In this document: piece after piece, positions 1 to 10,416 of the stretch
Position numbering within the stretch: position 1 is the stretch's first letter
Layout of the letters: the number at the start of each line of letters is the position of its first letter
Origin: Aldersonia sp. NBC_00410
GTDB lineage: Bacteria > Actinomycetota > Actinomycetes > Mycobacteriales > Mycobacteriaceae
NCBI RefSeq assembly: GCF_026342035.1
Contig: NZ_JAPENM010000011.1
Coordinates: 96,989-128,988 of the forward strand
Length of the DNA: 32,000 nt
Reading direction: 5' to 3'
Made by a program: the position numbers and the translations under genes
The notes under the pieces: generated by a model
The model's database searches: none
Seen by the model: only the letters and a program-made list of their open reading frames with translations
What the model was told of the DNA's origin: nothing

Positions 1-771
1 GATTCGCTGGTGGCCGCCATGGCTGCGCGGACCACGGCCAGAGTCGTGATGGTCGGCCAGACGCCGGGTGCGGACGTGCGGGCCACCGATGTCGTGCTCG
101 ATGACCAGGCCCGGGCGCGGTTCGTGCTCGACTGCGCGGCCGGGCGGGTGCCGGTCGAGCTCGCGGTGCACGGCGAGCACCAGGTCGGCAACGCGCTGGC
201 CGCCGCGGCCGTCGCGCTGGAATGCGGGCTCGATCTCGACGGTGTCGCCGCCGCGCTCGGCGGGGCGCGGGCGGCATCGGCGCGGCGGATGGACGTGCGG
301 ACCCGCGGCGACGGCGTCACGGTGATCAACGATTCGTACAACGCGAACCCGGATTCGATGCGGGCGGGGCTCAAGGCACTCGTCTCCATGGCTCGTTCGA
401 CGCCGCAGCGGCGGCGCAGTTTCGCGGTGCTCGGCGAGATGGGCGAGCTCGGCGACGACTCGGTGGTGGAGCACGATGCGATCGGCCGGTTCGCGGTCCG
501 CCTCGACGTCGGCAAACTCATCGTGGTCGGCACCGGACGCCCGTCCCGCGGGATGTATCAGGGCGCGGTGATGGAAGGGTCGTGGGGCGACGAAGCGGTG
601 CTCGTCCCGGACGCGCGTGCCGCGATGGAGTTGCTCGATGCCGAACTTGCGCCCGGTGATCTCGTGCTGGTGAAGGCGTCGCAGGCGATCGGGCTGTGGA
701 CCGTCGCCGAGCATCTCCTGGATGACAGCGCCGAGCATCCGCTCGGTGACATGACGGAGGCAGGGAATTGA
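1..771 (+). CDS. murF: UDP-N-acetylmuramoyl-tripeptide--D-alanyl-D-alanine ligase MurF, C-terminal part (5' end outside window)
   Basis: Frame 1 is open from base 1 (track ORF 10..771). Mur-ligase C-terminal sequence is present ([23 protein letters not shown]). The stop overlaps the mraY start (TTGA). It is the first gene of a canonical dcw order. Confidence 0.9.
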   Translation, partial: DSLVAAMAARTTARVVMVGQTPGADVRATDVVLDDQARARFVLDCAAGRVPVELAVHGEHQVGNALAAAAVALECGLDLDGVAAALGGARAASARRMDVRTRGDGVTVINDSYNANPDSMRAGLKALVSMARSTPQRRRSFAVLGEMGELGDDSVVEHDAIGRFAVRLDVGKLIVVGTGRPSRGMYQGAVMEGSWGDEAVLVPDARAAMELLDAELAPGDLVLVKASQAIGLWTVAEHLLDDSAEHPLGDMTEAGN

Positions 772-1847
772 GACAGATCCTGTTCGCGGCGGGGATCGCC
801 CTGGCCGTGTCGATCCTGCTGACGCCGCTGCTGATTCGGGTGTTCTCCCGGCAGGGCTTCGGTCAGGAGATACGCGTCGAGGGCCCGGCGAGCCATCAGT
901 CCAAGCGCGGCACCCCCACCATGGGCGGTGTCGCGATCATTACCGGGCTCTGGGCCGGGTACTGGGGCTCGCACCTGATCGGGATCGGCTACCAGGCCGA
1001 CGGGCCGTCCGCGTCGGGCCTGCTCGTGCTCGGCCTGGCCACCGCGCTGGGCGGCGTCGGTTTCCTCGACGACTTCATCAAGATCCGCAAGCAGCGCAAT
1101 CTCGGGCTGAACAAGACTGCCAAGCTCGTTGGGCAACTGGTGGTCGCGCTGATCTTCGGCGTCCTCGCGCTGCAGTTCCGCGGCGCCAGCGGGCTGACCC
1201 CGGGCAGCACGCACCTGTCCTACGTTCGTGACATCACCACCGTGTCGATGGGCTCGCTGGTGTTCATCCTGTTCTGCTACCTGCTGGTGAGCGCCTGGTC
1301 GAACGCGGTCAACCTCACCGACGGGCTCGACGGTCTGGCCGCGGGCTCGATGGGTTTCGTGCTCGGTGCGTACGTGATCATCACGTTCTGGCAGTACCGC
1401 AACTCCTGCGAGACCAGCCCGGGCCAGGGCTGCTACGACGTGCGCGATCCGCTCGATCTCGCGCTGATCTGCGCCGCCGGCGCCGCGGCATGTGTCGGGT
1501 TCCTGTGGTGGAACGCCGCCCCGGCCCGCATCTTCATGGGCGACACCGGTTCACTCGCGCTCGGCGGCATGCTCGCCGGGCTCTCCATCACCACCCGCAC
1601 CGAACTGCTGATGGTGGTCATCGGTGCGCTGTTCGTGGCCGAGGCCGCCTCGGTGGTGATCCAGGTGGCGGTGTTCCGTTCGTCGCGTCGCCGCGTGTTC
1701 CGGATGGCACCGTTCCATCACCACTTCGAACTCGCCGGCTGGGCGGAAACCACGGTGATCATCCGGTTCTGGCTGCTCGCCGGTACCGCCGCCGCAATCG
1801 GGCTCGCCCTGTTCTATAGCGAGTACCTCGCGGCGATCGGGGACTAG
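768..1847 (+). CDS. mraY: phospho-N-acetylmuramoyl-pentapeptide transferase MraY
   Basis: 359 aa polytopic membrane protein. The N-terminus [26 protein letters not shown]...[12 protein letters not shown] is typical of MraY. TTG start overlaps the murF stop. Confidence 0.95.
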   Translation: MRQILFAAGIALAVSILLTPLLIRVFSRQGFGQEIRVEGPASHQSKRGTPTMGGVAIITGLWAGYWGSHLIGIGYQADGPSASGLLVLGLATALGGVGFLDDFIKIRKQRNLGLNKTAKLVGQLVVALIFGVLALQFRGASGLTPGSTHLSYVRDITTVSMGSLVFILFCYLLVSAWSNAVNLTDGLDGLAAGSMGFVLGAYVIITFWQYRNSCETSPGQGCYDVRDPLDLALICAAGAAACVGFLWWNAAPARIFMGDTGSLALGGMLAGLSITTRTELLMVVIGALFVAEAASVVIQVAVFRSSRRRVFRMAPFHHHFELAGWAETTVIIRFWLLAGTAAAIGLALFYSEYLAAIGD

Positions 1848-1849
1848 GC

Positions 1850-3304
1850 GTGCCGCTCGCGGAGGATCTGCACGGACTTCGTGACGCGCGTGTGCTGGTG
1901 GCCGGCTGGGGGATCTCCGGCCGGGCGGTCATCGACCCGCTTCGCATCCTGGGTGCCCGGATCGTTGTCACCGACGGGCGGGCGGATTCGCTCGCCGAGG
2001 CTGTCGGGCTCGGGCTCGACAGCGCACCCGAGGCCGAGTTGCTCGCGGCGGGCGGGCTGGACGACATCGCGCTGGTGATCACCAGCCCCGGTTTTCGTCC
2101 GGAAGCACCGCTGCTGATCGAGGCCGCGCGGCGCGGCATTCCGGTGTGGGGCGATATCGAGTTTTCCTGGCGGGTGGATCATGCCGAGTTGTACGGGCCG
2201 ACCCGGCGCTGGCTGGTGGTGACCGGGACCAATGGAAAAACCACCACCACGACGATGCTGCACACCATCCTGCGCGCGGCAGGCCTGGGCAGCGCCGCGT
2301 GCGGCAATATCGGCCTGCCGGTGATCGATGCGCTGCGGCGGCCCGATGTGCGGGTGCTCGCGGTCGAACTGTCCTCGTTCCAGCTGTACTGGGCGCCGTC
2401 GGTGCGCCCGAACGCCGGGGCGGTGCTCAATATCGCCGAGGACCATCTCGACTGGCACGGCGGGCTGTCCGGCTATGTCGCGGCGAAGGCGCGGGCTTTG
2501 GCCGGCAACGTCGCGGTGGTCGGACTCGACGATCCGGTGGCCGCCGCACTCCCGCACACCGCCGGCTTCCGCATCGGGGAACCCGGGCCGAAGGAGCTGG
2601 GCGTACGCGATGGCCGGCTGGTGGACCGGGCGTTCGCCGAGGATGCCGATCTGGGACCGGCGGATACGATCAGCCCGCCCGGACCGGCGGGGATTCTGGA
2701 TGCGCTCGCCGCCGCCGCGCTGGCTCGCGCGATCCTCGTCCCGCCAAGGGCCATCATCGCCGGACTGGCCGCGCATCACGTCGGCCCGCACCGCGCATCG
2801 GCGGTCCGCGAACTCGGCGGGGTCACCTTCGTGGACGACTCGAAGGCCACGAACCCGCATGCTGCGCGTTCCTCGCTGCTCGCGCACCCGCATGTCGTTT
2901 GGGTGGCGGGCGGTCAGCTCAAGGGCGCCACGGTGGACGACCTGGTCGCCGAGGTGGCGTCGCGGCTGCGCGGGGCGGTCTTGATCGGGGTCGATGCGAC
3001 CAAGATCGCAGCAGCTTTGGCGCGACACGCGCCCGAGGTTCCGGTGCTGCTCGTTCCGACGCGGGACGATGCAGGAGTGACTGCTGTAACAGATGTGACT
3101 CCAGCAACGGACGTGACGGACCCCGACGCCGTCATGGCGAACGCGGTGCGTGCCGCTGCGCGACTCGCCCGACCCGGCGATACCGTGCTCCTCGCGCCGG
3201 CCGCCGCCTCGCTGGACATGTTCCGCAGCTACGGTCACCGGGGTGACAGCTTCGCCGTGGCGGCCGCGGAGCTTACCGAAGCCGATCTCGGGACCCACTG
3301 GTGA
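1850..3304 (+). CDS. murD: UDP-N-acetylmuramoylalanine--D-glutamate ligase MurD
   Basis: 484 aa with Mur-ligase P-loop VTGTNGKTTTTTML. GTG start lies 2 nt after the mraY stop. Positioned between mraY and ftsW. Confidence 0.93.
   Translation: MPLAEDLHGLRDARVLVAGWGISGRAVIDPLRILGARIVVTDGRADSLAEAVGLGLDSAPEAELLAAGGLDDIALVITSPGFRPEAPLLIEAARRGIPVWGDIEFSWRVDHAELYGPTRRWLVVTGTNGKTTTTTMLHTILRAAGLGSAACGNIGLPVIDALRRPDVRVLAVELSSFQLYWAPSVRPNAGAVLNIAEDHLDWHGGLSGYVAAKARALAGNVAVVGLDDPVAAALPHTAGFRIGEPGPKELGVRDGRLVDRAFAEDADLGPADTISPPGPAGILDALAAAALARAILVPPRAIIAGLAAHHVGPHRASAVRELGGVTFVDDSKATNPHAARSSLLAHPHVVWVAGGQLKGATVDDLVAEVASRLRGAVLIGVDATKIAAALARHAPEVPVLLVPTRDDAGVTAVTDVTPATDVTDPDAVMANAVRAAARLARPGDTVLLAPAAASLDMFRSYGHRGDSFAVAAAELTEADLGTHW
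3077..3130 (+). repeat. imperfect in-frame 18-bp x3 repeat inside murD (VTAVTD/VTPATD/VTDPDA)
   Basis: GTGAC(T/G) recurs at 3077, 3095 and 3113 with period 18 and is codon-aligned. The codons are unusually A/T-ending for this gene (act gct gta aca gat ... cca gca). Confidence 0.6.
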
Positions 3305-4755
3305 TCGGCCAGAAGGTGATCGGGAACAACCGCATCGGCACCTGGCTCGCACGACCGCTCGCCTCGTTCCATCTCGTCGTCACGATCGCGACCCTGCTCA
3401 CCGTGCTCGGCCTGGTGATGGTGCTCTCCGCGTCGAGCGTCGAGTCCTATGCCGGCGGCGATTCGGCCTACGCACTGTTCTCCCAGCAACTGATGTACGC
3501 GGTGCTCGGGGCGGTGCTCTTCTACCTCGCGCTGCGGGTGCCGATCCGGGTGCTGCGCAAGCTCGCGTTCCCCGCGTTCGCGGTCACCATGGTCGCGCTG
3601 GTACTCGTGCTCATCCCCGGCATCGGCGTGGTCAGCGGTGGTGCGCGCCGCTGGTTCATGCTCGGCCCGCTCTCGGTGCAGCCGTCCGAGGTCGCGAAGG
3701 TGACGTTGGCGCTGTGGGGAGCGCACGTGCTGGCCTCGCGCATCCCGCAGCGCACGAACCTGAAGATGATCCTGTTTCCCGTGGTGCCCGCTGCGCTGAT
3801 CGTCTGCATGCTCGTTGTGCTGCAGCCGAATCTGTCCACCACGATCGCACTCGGCATCATCCTGGTGGCGCTGCTGTGGTTCGGTGGCCTGCCCACCAAG
3901 TTGTTCATCACCATCTCCGTCTCCGGCGTGGTGGCCGCGGTCGCGCTTGCCCTCACCGCCGGATACCGCTCGGACCGGATGAAGGCGTTCTTCAGTCCCG
4001 GCGAGGACCCGCAGGGCATCGGTTACCAGTCCCGGCAGGCGATGTACTCGCTTGCCGACGGCGGGTGGTTCGGCCGTGGGCTCGGACAGAGTCGCGCGAA
4101 GTGGAGCTACCTGCCGAACTCGCACAACGACTTCATCTTCGCGATCATCGGCGAGGAACTCGGATTCGTCGGCTGCATCGCCGTCATCGGCCTGTTCGCG
4201 CTGTTCGTCTACACCGGAATGCGGATCGCGTCGAGGTCCGCGGACCCGTTCCTGCGTCTGCTCGTGGCCACCGCAACCACCTGGATCGTCGGCCAGGCAC
4301 TGATCAACATCGGCTACGTGGTGCGCATCCTGCCCGTCACCGGTCTGCAGTTGCCGTTGGTGTCGGCCGGCGGCTCGTCGCTGGCGATTACGCTGCTGAT
4401 GTTCGGGATCATCGCGAGCGCCGCCAGGCACGAACCGGAGGCGATCGCGGCGCTGCATGCAGGCGAGGACGGACGGTTCAGCCGGATGCTCCGGTTGCCC
4501 ATGCCGGAGGCCTATGCGCCCGGCCGGGCGCAGGTCGCCCGGGCGCGCGCCGAGCGGCGCACGCCGGTGCGCTACCCGGCGCGCGGTGAGCTCGACGGCC
4601 GCAAACGGACCGCCTCGACGCGGGTCCGCGAACCGGCCGGCACACGGGCGACGGCAAAGGCGTCGCCGAAAGCGGCGACTACGCGGTCGGCGGCAGCGCG
4701 GGCAAGCGCTCCGAGGTCGGCGACGCGGGCAACGCCACGAAGAGCGAGGACGTAG
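3301..4755 (+). CDS. ftsW: SEDS-family cell-division peptidoglycan polymerase FtsW
   Basis: 484 aa multi-TM protein with GTGA overlap to murD, located between murD and murG. It has an Arg/Ala/Thr-rich C-terminal tail of about 100 aa. Confidence 0.92.
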   Translation: MIGQKVIGNNRIGTWLARPLASFHLVVTIATLLTVLGLVMVLSASSVESYAGGDSAYALFSQQLMYAVLGAVLFYLALRVPIRVLRKLAFPAFAVTMVALVLVLIPGIGVVSGGARRWFMLGPLSVQPSEVAKVTLALWGAHVLASRIPQRTNLKMILFPVVPAALIVCMLVVLQPNLSTTIALGIILVALLWFGGLPTKLFITISVSGVVAAVALALTAGYRSDRMKAFFSPGEDPQGIGYQSRQAMYSLADGGWFGRGLGQSRAKWSYLPNSHNDFIFAIIGEELGFVGCIAVIGLFALFVYTGMRIASRSADPFLRLLVATATTWIVGQALINIGYVVRILPVTGLQLPLVSAGGSSLAITLLMFGIIASAARHEPEAIAALHAGEDGRFSRMLRLPMPEAYAPGRAQVARARAERRTPVRYPARGELDGRKRTASTRVREPAGTRATAKASPKAATTRSAAARASAPRSATRATPRRART

Positions 4756-4759
4756 ATAG

Positions 4760-5914
4760 GTGAGTCAGCCTGACGGACTGTCGGTGATCGTCGCGGGAGG
4801 AGGCACGGCCGGGCATATCGAACCAGCGCTCGCGGTCGCCGATGCGCTGCGCCGACTCGAACCGTCGGTGAAGGTGACCGCACTCGGCACTGCGCGCGGC
4901 CTGGAGACGACATTGGTCCCCGAGCGCGGCTACCCACTCGAACTGATCCCACCGGTGCCGTTGCCGCGCAAAGTGAGCAAGGATCTGCTTCGGCTGCCGA
5001 AGCGGGTGTGGGACTCGGTGCGCCGGACCCGCGAGGTGATCGACCGATCCGGCGCGGACGTCATCGTCGGGTTCGGCGGTTACGTCGCGCTGCCTGCCTA
5101 TCTGGCCGCGGGGTTGTCGCGGCGTCGCCGGGTTCCGATCGTCGTGCACGAGGCGAACGCGAAGGCCGGCATCGCAAACAAGGTCGGGGCCCGGTTGGCC
5201 ACGCGCGTGCTCGCTGCGGTGCCCGGTTCGGGCATTCACGCCCGTCGCGCGCCGAGTGCGGAGCTCGTCGGTATTCCGGTTCGCTCGTCGATCACGGGGC
5301 TGGACCGTTCGGCGTTCCGGGCCGGCGCCCGTGCGCATTTCGGGCTGCCGCAGGACGGTCCGGTGCTGCTGGTGTTCGGCGGTTCGCAGGGTGCGCGTTC
5401 GCTCAATATCGCCGTGTCCGGTGCGGCAGCGGAGTTGGCCGCGGCAGGTATCTCGGTACTGCACGCGCACGGTCCGAAGAACACCCTCGATTTGCCCGAC
5501 AGCGCCCGTGCGGGCGTCCCGCACGACACCGCGCGCAACGGTGCCGCGCCGTACGTCGCGGTGCCGTACCTGTCCCGGATGGACCTCGCCTACGCCGCCG
5601 CCGACGTCGCGATCTGCCGGTCCGGCGCGATGACCGTCGCCGAGGTGTCCGCGGTCGGGCTGCCCGCGTTCTATGTGCCGCTGCCGCATGGCAACGGCGA
5701 GCAGGAACTCAACGCGCGGCCGGTGGTCGCGCAGGGTGGTGGCACAATCGTCGCCGACGCGCAATTCACCCCGCAGTACGTCATCGACCGGGTGATCCCC
5801 GCGATACTCGACCGGAACGGGTTGCGTGAAATGGGGCTCGCCGCGGCCGGCGCGGGCCACCGCGACGCGGCGAACGAGGTCGCCCGGATCGTGCTGGAGG
5901 TGGCGCGCAAGTGA
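4760..5914 (+). CDS. murG: UDP-N-acetylglucosamine--N-acetylmuramyl-(pentapeptide) pyrophosphoryl-undecaprenol GlcNAc transferase MurG
   Basis: 384 aa with N-terminal [14 protein letters not shown] glycosyltransferase-28 motif and the expected dcw position. Confidence 0.93.
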   Translation: MSQPDGLSVIVAGGGTAGHIEPALAVADALRRLEPSVKVTALGTARGLETTLVPERGYPLELIPPVPLPRKVSKDLLRLPKRVWDSVRRTREVIDRSGADVIVGFGGYVALPAYLAAGLSRRRRVPIVVHEANAKAGIANKVGARLATRVLAAVPGSGIHARRAPSAELVGIPVRSSITGLDRSAFRAGARAHFGLPQDGPVLLVFGGSQGARSLNIAVSGAAAELAAAGISVLHAHGPKNTLDLPDSARAGVPHDTARNGAAPYVAVPYLSRMDLAYAAADVAICRSGAMTVAEVSAVGLPAFYVPLPHGNGEQELNARPVVAQGGGTIVADAQFTPQYVIDRVIPAILDRNGLREMGLAAAGAGHRDAANEVARIVLEVARK

Positions 5915-5964
5915 TTCCCGTGCAGGACGGCGGCCATTTCCGCGGCGCGGAGGACGGGTCGACG

Positions 5965-7542
5965 ATGTCGGCGCTGCCCGCACAGCTCGAGCGTGTCCAC
6001 ATGGTGGGCATCGGTGGCGCCGGGATGTCCGGGATCGCCCGCATTCTGCTGGCGCGCGGCGGCGCGGTGTCGGGGTCGGACGCGAAGGAAAGCCGCGCGG
6101 TGCTCGCCCTGCGTGCCCGTGGCGCCCAGGTACGGGTCGGGCACGACGCGTCGGCGCTGGACCTGTTGCCCGGCGGGCCGACGGCTGTCGTCACCACCCA
6201 CGCCGCGATCCCGAAGACCAATCCCGAACTCGTCGAGGCGCACCGCCGCGGGCTGCCCGTGCTGCTGCGCCCAACGGTGCTTGCGTCGTTGATGCGCGGC
6301 TATCGCACCGTGCTCGTGGCAGGCACGCACGGCAAGACGTCCACCACCTCGATGCTCGTCGTCACGTTGCAGCACTGCGGTTTCGACCCGTCGTTCGCGG
6401 TGGGTGGGGAGCTCAACGAGGCAGGGACCAACGCCCATCACGGCACCGGCGACGTCTTCGTGGCCGAGGCCGACGAGAGCGACGGTTCGCTGCTCGAATA
6501 CGACCCGGGCACCGTGGTGGTGACCAATGTCGAATCCGATCACCTCGACCATTTCGGCACCACCGAGGCCTATGTGCAGGTATTCGACGACTTCCTCGCG
6601 CGGCTCGCACCCGGTGGCGCGCTGGTCGCCTGCCTCGACGATCCCGGTTCGGCGGCGCTGGCCCGCCGCGTCGTGGCGGGCCCGCGCGGGGACATCCGGG
6701 TGGTCGGTTACGGCACGCTGCCCAAAGTCGCCGCCGGCGAGTCGCCCAAAGTCGCCGCCGGCGAGTCGCCCAATGTCGGCGCCGACGAGTCGCCGAGCAC
6801 TGCGTCCGGCGAGGTTCCCGCGGTGTACGAGGGTGTCCCGGTGGGCGTCTGGCTGCACAGTTGGGAGCCGCGCGACGTCGGCGGTGTCGCGCAGTTCCAG
6901 GTCGTCGGCGAGCCGAACCCGCGCACGCTTCGGCTCGCGGTGCCGGGACGGCACATGGCGCTCAATGCGATCGCCGCGATCGCCGCGGCCCGCGATGTCG
7001 GCGCGGACGTGGAGGAGGCGGTCGAGGGGCTCGCCGTATTCGGCGGCGTGCACCGGCGTTTTCAGTTCACCGGCCGTGAGCACGGGGTTCGGGTGTTCGA
7101 CGACTACGCCCACCACCCGACCGAGGTGCGCGCCGTGCTCGGCGCCGCGGTCGAACTCGTCGAGCAGGAGGCACGCGACGGCGCCCGTTCCCGGCGCGGC
7201 AGCGTCGTGGTGGTGTTCCAGCCGCATCTGTACAGCCGCACCGCGACATTCGCGACGGAGTTCGCCGCCGCGCTCGACCTCGCCGACGAGGTCGTCGTGC
7301 TCGACGTCTACGGCGCGCGAGAGGAGCCGCTGCCAGGGGTGAGCGGCGCGTTGATCGCCCAGTCGGTCGGCAAGCCGGTGCACTACCAGCCCGATATGTC
7401 GCGGGTCGGTCGACAGGTGGCCGCGCTGACCCAGCCCGGTGACGTGGTGATCACGATGGGCGCGGGCGACGTGACCATGCTCGGTAGCCAGATCCTCGAC
7501 GCGTTGCGCGCCCGGCCGCGGTACGGAAAACCGAACGGATGA
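5965..7542 (+). CDS. murC: UDP-N-acetylmuramate--L-alanine ligase MurC
   Basis: Motifs [12 protein letters not shown] and [11 protein letters not shown] are present. ATG 5965 is preceded by GGAGGA (5950-5955) and gives an [15 protein letters not shown]-terminus like mycobacterial MurC. The track ORF begins earlier at GTG 5911 (GTGA overlap with murG), so the start is uncertain by 54 nt. Confidence 0.9.
   Translation: MSALPAQLERVHMVGIGGAGMSGIARILLARGGAVSGSDAKESRAVLALRARGAQVRVGHDASALDLLPGGPTAVVTTHAAIPKTNPELVEAHRRGLPVLLRPTVLASLMRGYRTVLVAGTHGKTSTTSMLVVTLQHCGFDPSFAVGGELNEAGTNAHHGTGDVFVAEADESDGSLLEYDPGTVVVTNVESDHLDHFGTTEAYVQVFDDFLARLAPGGALVACLDDPGSAALARRVVAGPRGDIRVVGYGTLPKVAAGESPKVAAGESPNVGADESPSTASGEVPAVYEGVPVGVWLHSWEPRDVGGVAQFQVVGEPNPRTLRLAVPGRHMALNAIAAIAAARDVGADVEEAVEGLAVFGGVHRRFQFTGREHGVRVFDDYAHHPTEVRAVLGAAVELVEQEARDGARSRRGSVVVVFQPHLYSRTATFATEFAAALDLADEVVVLDVYGAREEPLPGVSGALIAQSVGKPVHYQPDMSRVGRQVAALTQPGDVVITMGAGDVTMLGSQILDALRARPRYGKPNG
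6721..6792 (+). repeat. in-frame 24-bp x3 tandem repeat inside murC ([24 protein letters not shown])
   Basis: 6721-6744 and 6745-6768 are identical (cccaaagtcgccgccggcgagtcg). 6769-6792 is a degenerate third copy. All are codon-aligned with murC. Confidence 0.9.
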
Positions 7543-8195
7543 GCCGACGGTGGCTGTGGGTGGCGGTCGGCGTGGTCGTGGTGATCGCGTTGGCGGCCCT
7601 CGCCTGGTTCACCCCGCTGCTATCGGTGCGCACGGTCGAGGTGCGTGGGCTGGCTTCGGTTCCCGAGGATCAGGTGCTGGCCGCGCTCGACCTGCCGCAG
7701 GGGCAGCCGCTGCTGCAGGTCGATACCGGCGCTGCCGCGCAGCGGGTGGCGCAGATTCCGAAGGTCGCGCAGGCGCGCGTGCAACGTGAGTATCCGTCGA
7801 CCGTGCGGGTGACCGTCGACGAGCGGGAGCCGGCGGTGTTTTACGACTCGCCGCAGGGAACGCACCTGATGGACTCCGGCGCAGTCGATTTCGCGATCGA
7901 ACCGCCGCCGCCCGGCGTGCCCCGGCTGACCGTGTCGAGCCCGGGACCCGACGACCCGGTCACGCTCGCCGCGCTCGATGTGCTGTCTACCATCCCGCCC
8001 GGGTTGCGCACCCAGGTCTCCGATGTCGCGGCGCGGTCGATCTCGGACATCCGTCTCACTTTGCTGGACAAGCGGGTGATCGTGTGGGGGAGTGCGGACA
8101 ACGCGGACCGCAAGGCCGCCATCGCCTTGCCTTTGCTGACACAGCCCGGGCAGACCTACGACATCTCCAGCCCCGACCTGCCAACTGTGAAGTAG
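7539..8195 (+). CDS. ftsQ: cell division protein FtsQ
   Basis: 218 aa with an N-terminal TM helix followed by a POTRA-like segment ([15 protein letters not shown]). ATGA overlap with murC. Lies immediately upstream of ftsZ. Confidence 0.85.
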   Translation: MSRRWLWVAVGVVVVIALAALAWFTPLLSVRTVEVRGLASVPEDQVLAALDLPQGQPLLQVDTGAAAQRVAQIPKVAQARVQREYPSTVRVTVDEREPAVFYDSPQGTHLMDSGAVDFAIEPPPPGVPRLTVSSPGPDDPVTLAALDVLSTIPPGLRTQVSDVAARSISDIRLTLLDKRVIVWGSADNADRKAAIALPLLTQPGQTYDISSPDLPTVK

Positions 8196-8274
8196 TGCCG
8201 ATTTTTTCGCGTGTCGCGGCGCGCCTGCGTCCGGTTTGCCGTTCCGGCGAATAGCGTTCTGCGCAGTCGGGTAC

Positions 8275-8305
8275 TTGACATAACGCTAACCCTGTGGTTT
8301 AGGTT
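8275..8305 (+). promoter_or_regulatory. candidate sigma-A type promoter for ftsZ (TTGACA - 19 nt - TAGGTT)
   Basis: TTGACA at 8275-8280 and a TAnnnT hexamer at 8300-8305 lie in the only AT-richer stretch of the dcw cluster. The 19-nt spacing is long, so this is weak. GGTTTAGG is directly repeated at 8296-8310. Confidence 0.3.
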
Positions 8306-8364
8306 TAGGGTTTCGGGTACTCGCCCCCCACCCAAGCCCCGGGATCGAAGGAAGGCGAGAGCAT

Positions 8365-9546
8365 ATGACGCCCCCGCACAATTACCTCGCCGTCATCAAG
8401 GTCGTCGGAATCGGCGGCGGCGGTGTCAATGCGGTGAACCGCATGATCGAACAGGGACTCAAGGGAGTCGAGTTCATCGCGGTCAACACCGACGCACAGG
8501 CGCTGCTGATGAGCGACGCCGACGTCAAACTCGACGTCGGGCGTGAACTCACCCGTGGTCTCGGCGCAGGCGCCGACCCCGACGTCGGTCGCAAGGCCGC
8601 CGAGGACCACAAGGACGAGATCGAAGAAGTGCTCAAGGGTGCCGACATGGTGTTCGTGACCGCCGGCGAGGGCGGCGGCACCGGCACCGGGGGCGCTCCG
8701 GTCGTGGCCAGCATCGCGCGCAAACTCGGTGCGCTGACCATCGGCGTCGTCACCCGGCCGTTCTCGTTCGAGGGCAAGCGCCGTGGCGGACAGGCCGAAA
8801 CGGGGATCAACGGGCTGCGTGAGTCGTGCGACACACTGATCGTCATTCCGAACGACCGCCTGCTGCAGCTCGGTGACGCCGCGGTGAGCCTGATGGACGC
8901 TTTCCGTTCGGCCGACGAGGTACTGCTCAACGGCGTGCAGGGCATTACCGACCTGATCACCACGCCCGGCCTGATCAACGTCGACTTCGCGGACGTGAAG
9001 TCGGTGATGTCGGGAGCAGGCAGCGCGCTGATGGGTATCGGTTCGTCGCGCGGTGAGGGTAGATCGGTGAAAGCCGCTGAATCGGCGATCAATTCGCCGC
9101 TGCTCGAAGCCTCGATGGAAGGCGCCCGTGGCGTCCTGCTCTCGATCGCGGGTGGCTCGGACCTCGGCCTGTTCGAGATCAACGAGGCGGCCTCGCTCGT
9201 GCAGGAAGCGGCCCATATCGACGCCAACATCATCTTCGGCACGGTGATCGACGACTCGCTCGGCGACGAGGTTCGGGTCACAGTCATCGCCGCCGGTTTC
9301 GATGCGGGCACGCCCGCGCGCAGGCCGGTGGAGGCGGCGCCGGGTCGCAGCTCGATCGGCGTCGGCCGGGCCGGCCAGATCGGTGCGCGCGGCAATGGCG
9401 CCGACGCCGCGCCGAGCTACCGGGACGTCGAACCTGCGCGTGCCGAAGAAGTGGCACCGGTCGGCCTGCACGGTGGTTCGCGCGGGCGGGTCGAGCAGGA
9501 CGATCTCGAGGACGACGTCGATGTTCCGTCCTTCATGCGTCGTTGA
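8365..9546 (+). CDS. ftsZ: cell division GTPase FtsZ
   Basis: 393 aa with N-terminal [17 protein letters not shown], tubulin signature [13 protein letters not shown] and acidic C-terminal peptide [24 protein letters not shown] upstream. Confidence 0.98.
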   Translation: MTPPHNYLAVIKVVGIGGGGVNAVNRMIEQGLKGVEFIAVNTDAQALLMSDADVKLDVGRELTRGLGAGADPDVGRKAAEDHKDEIEEVLKGADMVFVTAGEGGGTGTGGAPVVASIARKLGALTIGVVTRPFSFEGKRRGGQAETGINGLRESCDTLIVIPNDRLLQLGDAAVSLMDAFRSADEVLLNGVQGITDLITTPGLINVDFADVKSVMSGAGSALMGIGSSRGEGRSVKAAESAINSPLLEASMEGARGVLLSIAGGSDLGLFEINEAASLVQEAAHIDANIIFGTVIDDSLGDEVRVTVIAAGFDAGTPARRPVEAAPGRSSIGVGRAGQIGARGNGADAAPSYRDVEPARAEEVAPVGLHGGSRGRVEQDDLEDDVDVPSFMRR

Positions 9547-10307
9547 CCGGGCCGCAAGGACAGCCGACCGGTAAACCCGCACGCAGCACGAAGGTTCGCC
9601 GGGTGGTCACCACCCGCGCGGGCGGCGTGTCCGTCGCCCCGTACGACAGCTTCAACCTCGGTGATCACGTCGGCGACGACCCTGTCGCGGTCGCAGCCAA
9701 CCGAGTCCGACTGGCCACCCAGATCGGCCTGACCCCGGACCGGCTGGTCTGGATGGAGCAGATTCACGGCCGCAACGTCGAAGTGGTGGACGGCCCGCGC
9801 GAGCACGCCGTCGAGGCCACCGACGCCCTGGTCACCAGCACACCCGATCTGGCGCTCGTGGTGCTTTCGGCCGACTGTGTTCCCGTCCTGCTCTCCGATG
9901 ACGAGGCCGGTGTGCTCGGCGCGGTGCATGCGGGCCGGGTGGGCGCCCGGATCGGGATCGTCCCAGTGGTTCTCGACGCGATGGTGGCGCTCGGCGCGCG
10001 CCGCGATCGGATCGGCGCTTTCCTCGGTCCCGCCGCCAGCGGGCGGCAATACGAGGTACCCGCGCAGATGCGCGCCGACGTCGAAGCCCATCTGCCCGGC
10101 AGCGCGACCACGACGGCGAAGGGCACCCCCGGTCTCGACCTGCGCGCCGGGTTGCGCCGCCAGTTGCTGGCGGCGGGCGTCTCGGCCGTCGCGATGGATC
10201 CGCGCTGCACGATCGAGGACGCGACATTGTTCAGTCACCGCCGTGCTGCGCCCACTGGCAGACTGGCCAGCGTGATCTGGATGCAGTCCGTGCCCCCGGT
10301 GCCGTGA
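9543..10307 (+). CDS. pgeF: YfiH/PgeF (DUF152) laccase-domain peptidoglycan editing factor family protein
   Basis: 254 aa with [37 protein letters not shown] and LFSHRR motifs. TTGA overlap with the ftsZ stop. This position after ftsZ is conserved in actinobacteria. Confidence 0.88.
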   Translation: MTGPQGQPTGKPARSTKVRRVVTTRAGGVSVAPYDSFNLGDHVGDDPVAVAANRVRLATQIGLTPDRLVWMEQIHGRNVEVVDGPREHAVEATDALVTSTPDLALVVLSADCVPVLLSDDEAGVLGAVHAGRVGARIGIVPVVLDAMVALGARRDRIGAFLGPAASGRQYEVPAQMRADVEAHLPGSATTTAKGTPGLDLRAGLRRQLLAAGVSAVAMDPRCTIEDATLFSHRRAAPTGRLASVIWMQSVPPVP

Positions 10308-10416
10308 CAGACGGTCCGAATTGGCCAGTGCCGTGACCGACGGTCCGAATTGGCCAGTGCCGTGACAGACGGTCCAAACAGGACAGCGCCGTGAGCCGAC
10401 GGTCCGAGCTGGCCGA
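10301..10416 (+). repeat. 29-bp x4 tandem repeat spanning the pgeF stop and the yggS start
   Basis: GCCGTGA starts at 10301, 10330, 10359 and 10388. Copies 1 and 2 differ at 1 nt. Copy 3 diverges in its 3' half. Copy 4 is the 5' end of yggS. Confidence 0.92.

Noticed and set aside
1844-3352. 502-aa minus-strand ORF antisense to murD
   Set aside because: This is a typical high-GC antisense open frame. It is Arg/Gly/Pro/His-rich with no motifs, and it fully overlaps a well-supported murD.
5671-7383. 570-aa minus-strand ORF antisense to murC; likewise 8305..9582 antisense to ftsZ
   Set aside because: No recognisable domains. Both overlap highly conserved genes and show the GC-driven absence of stop codons.
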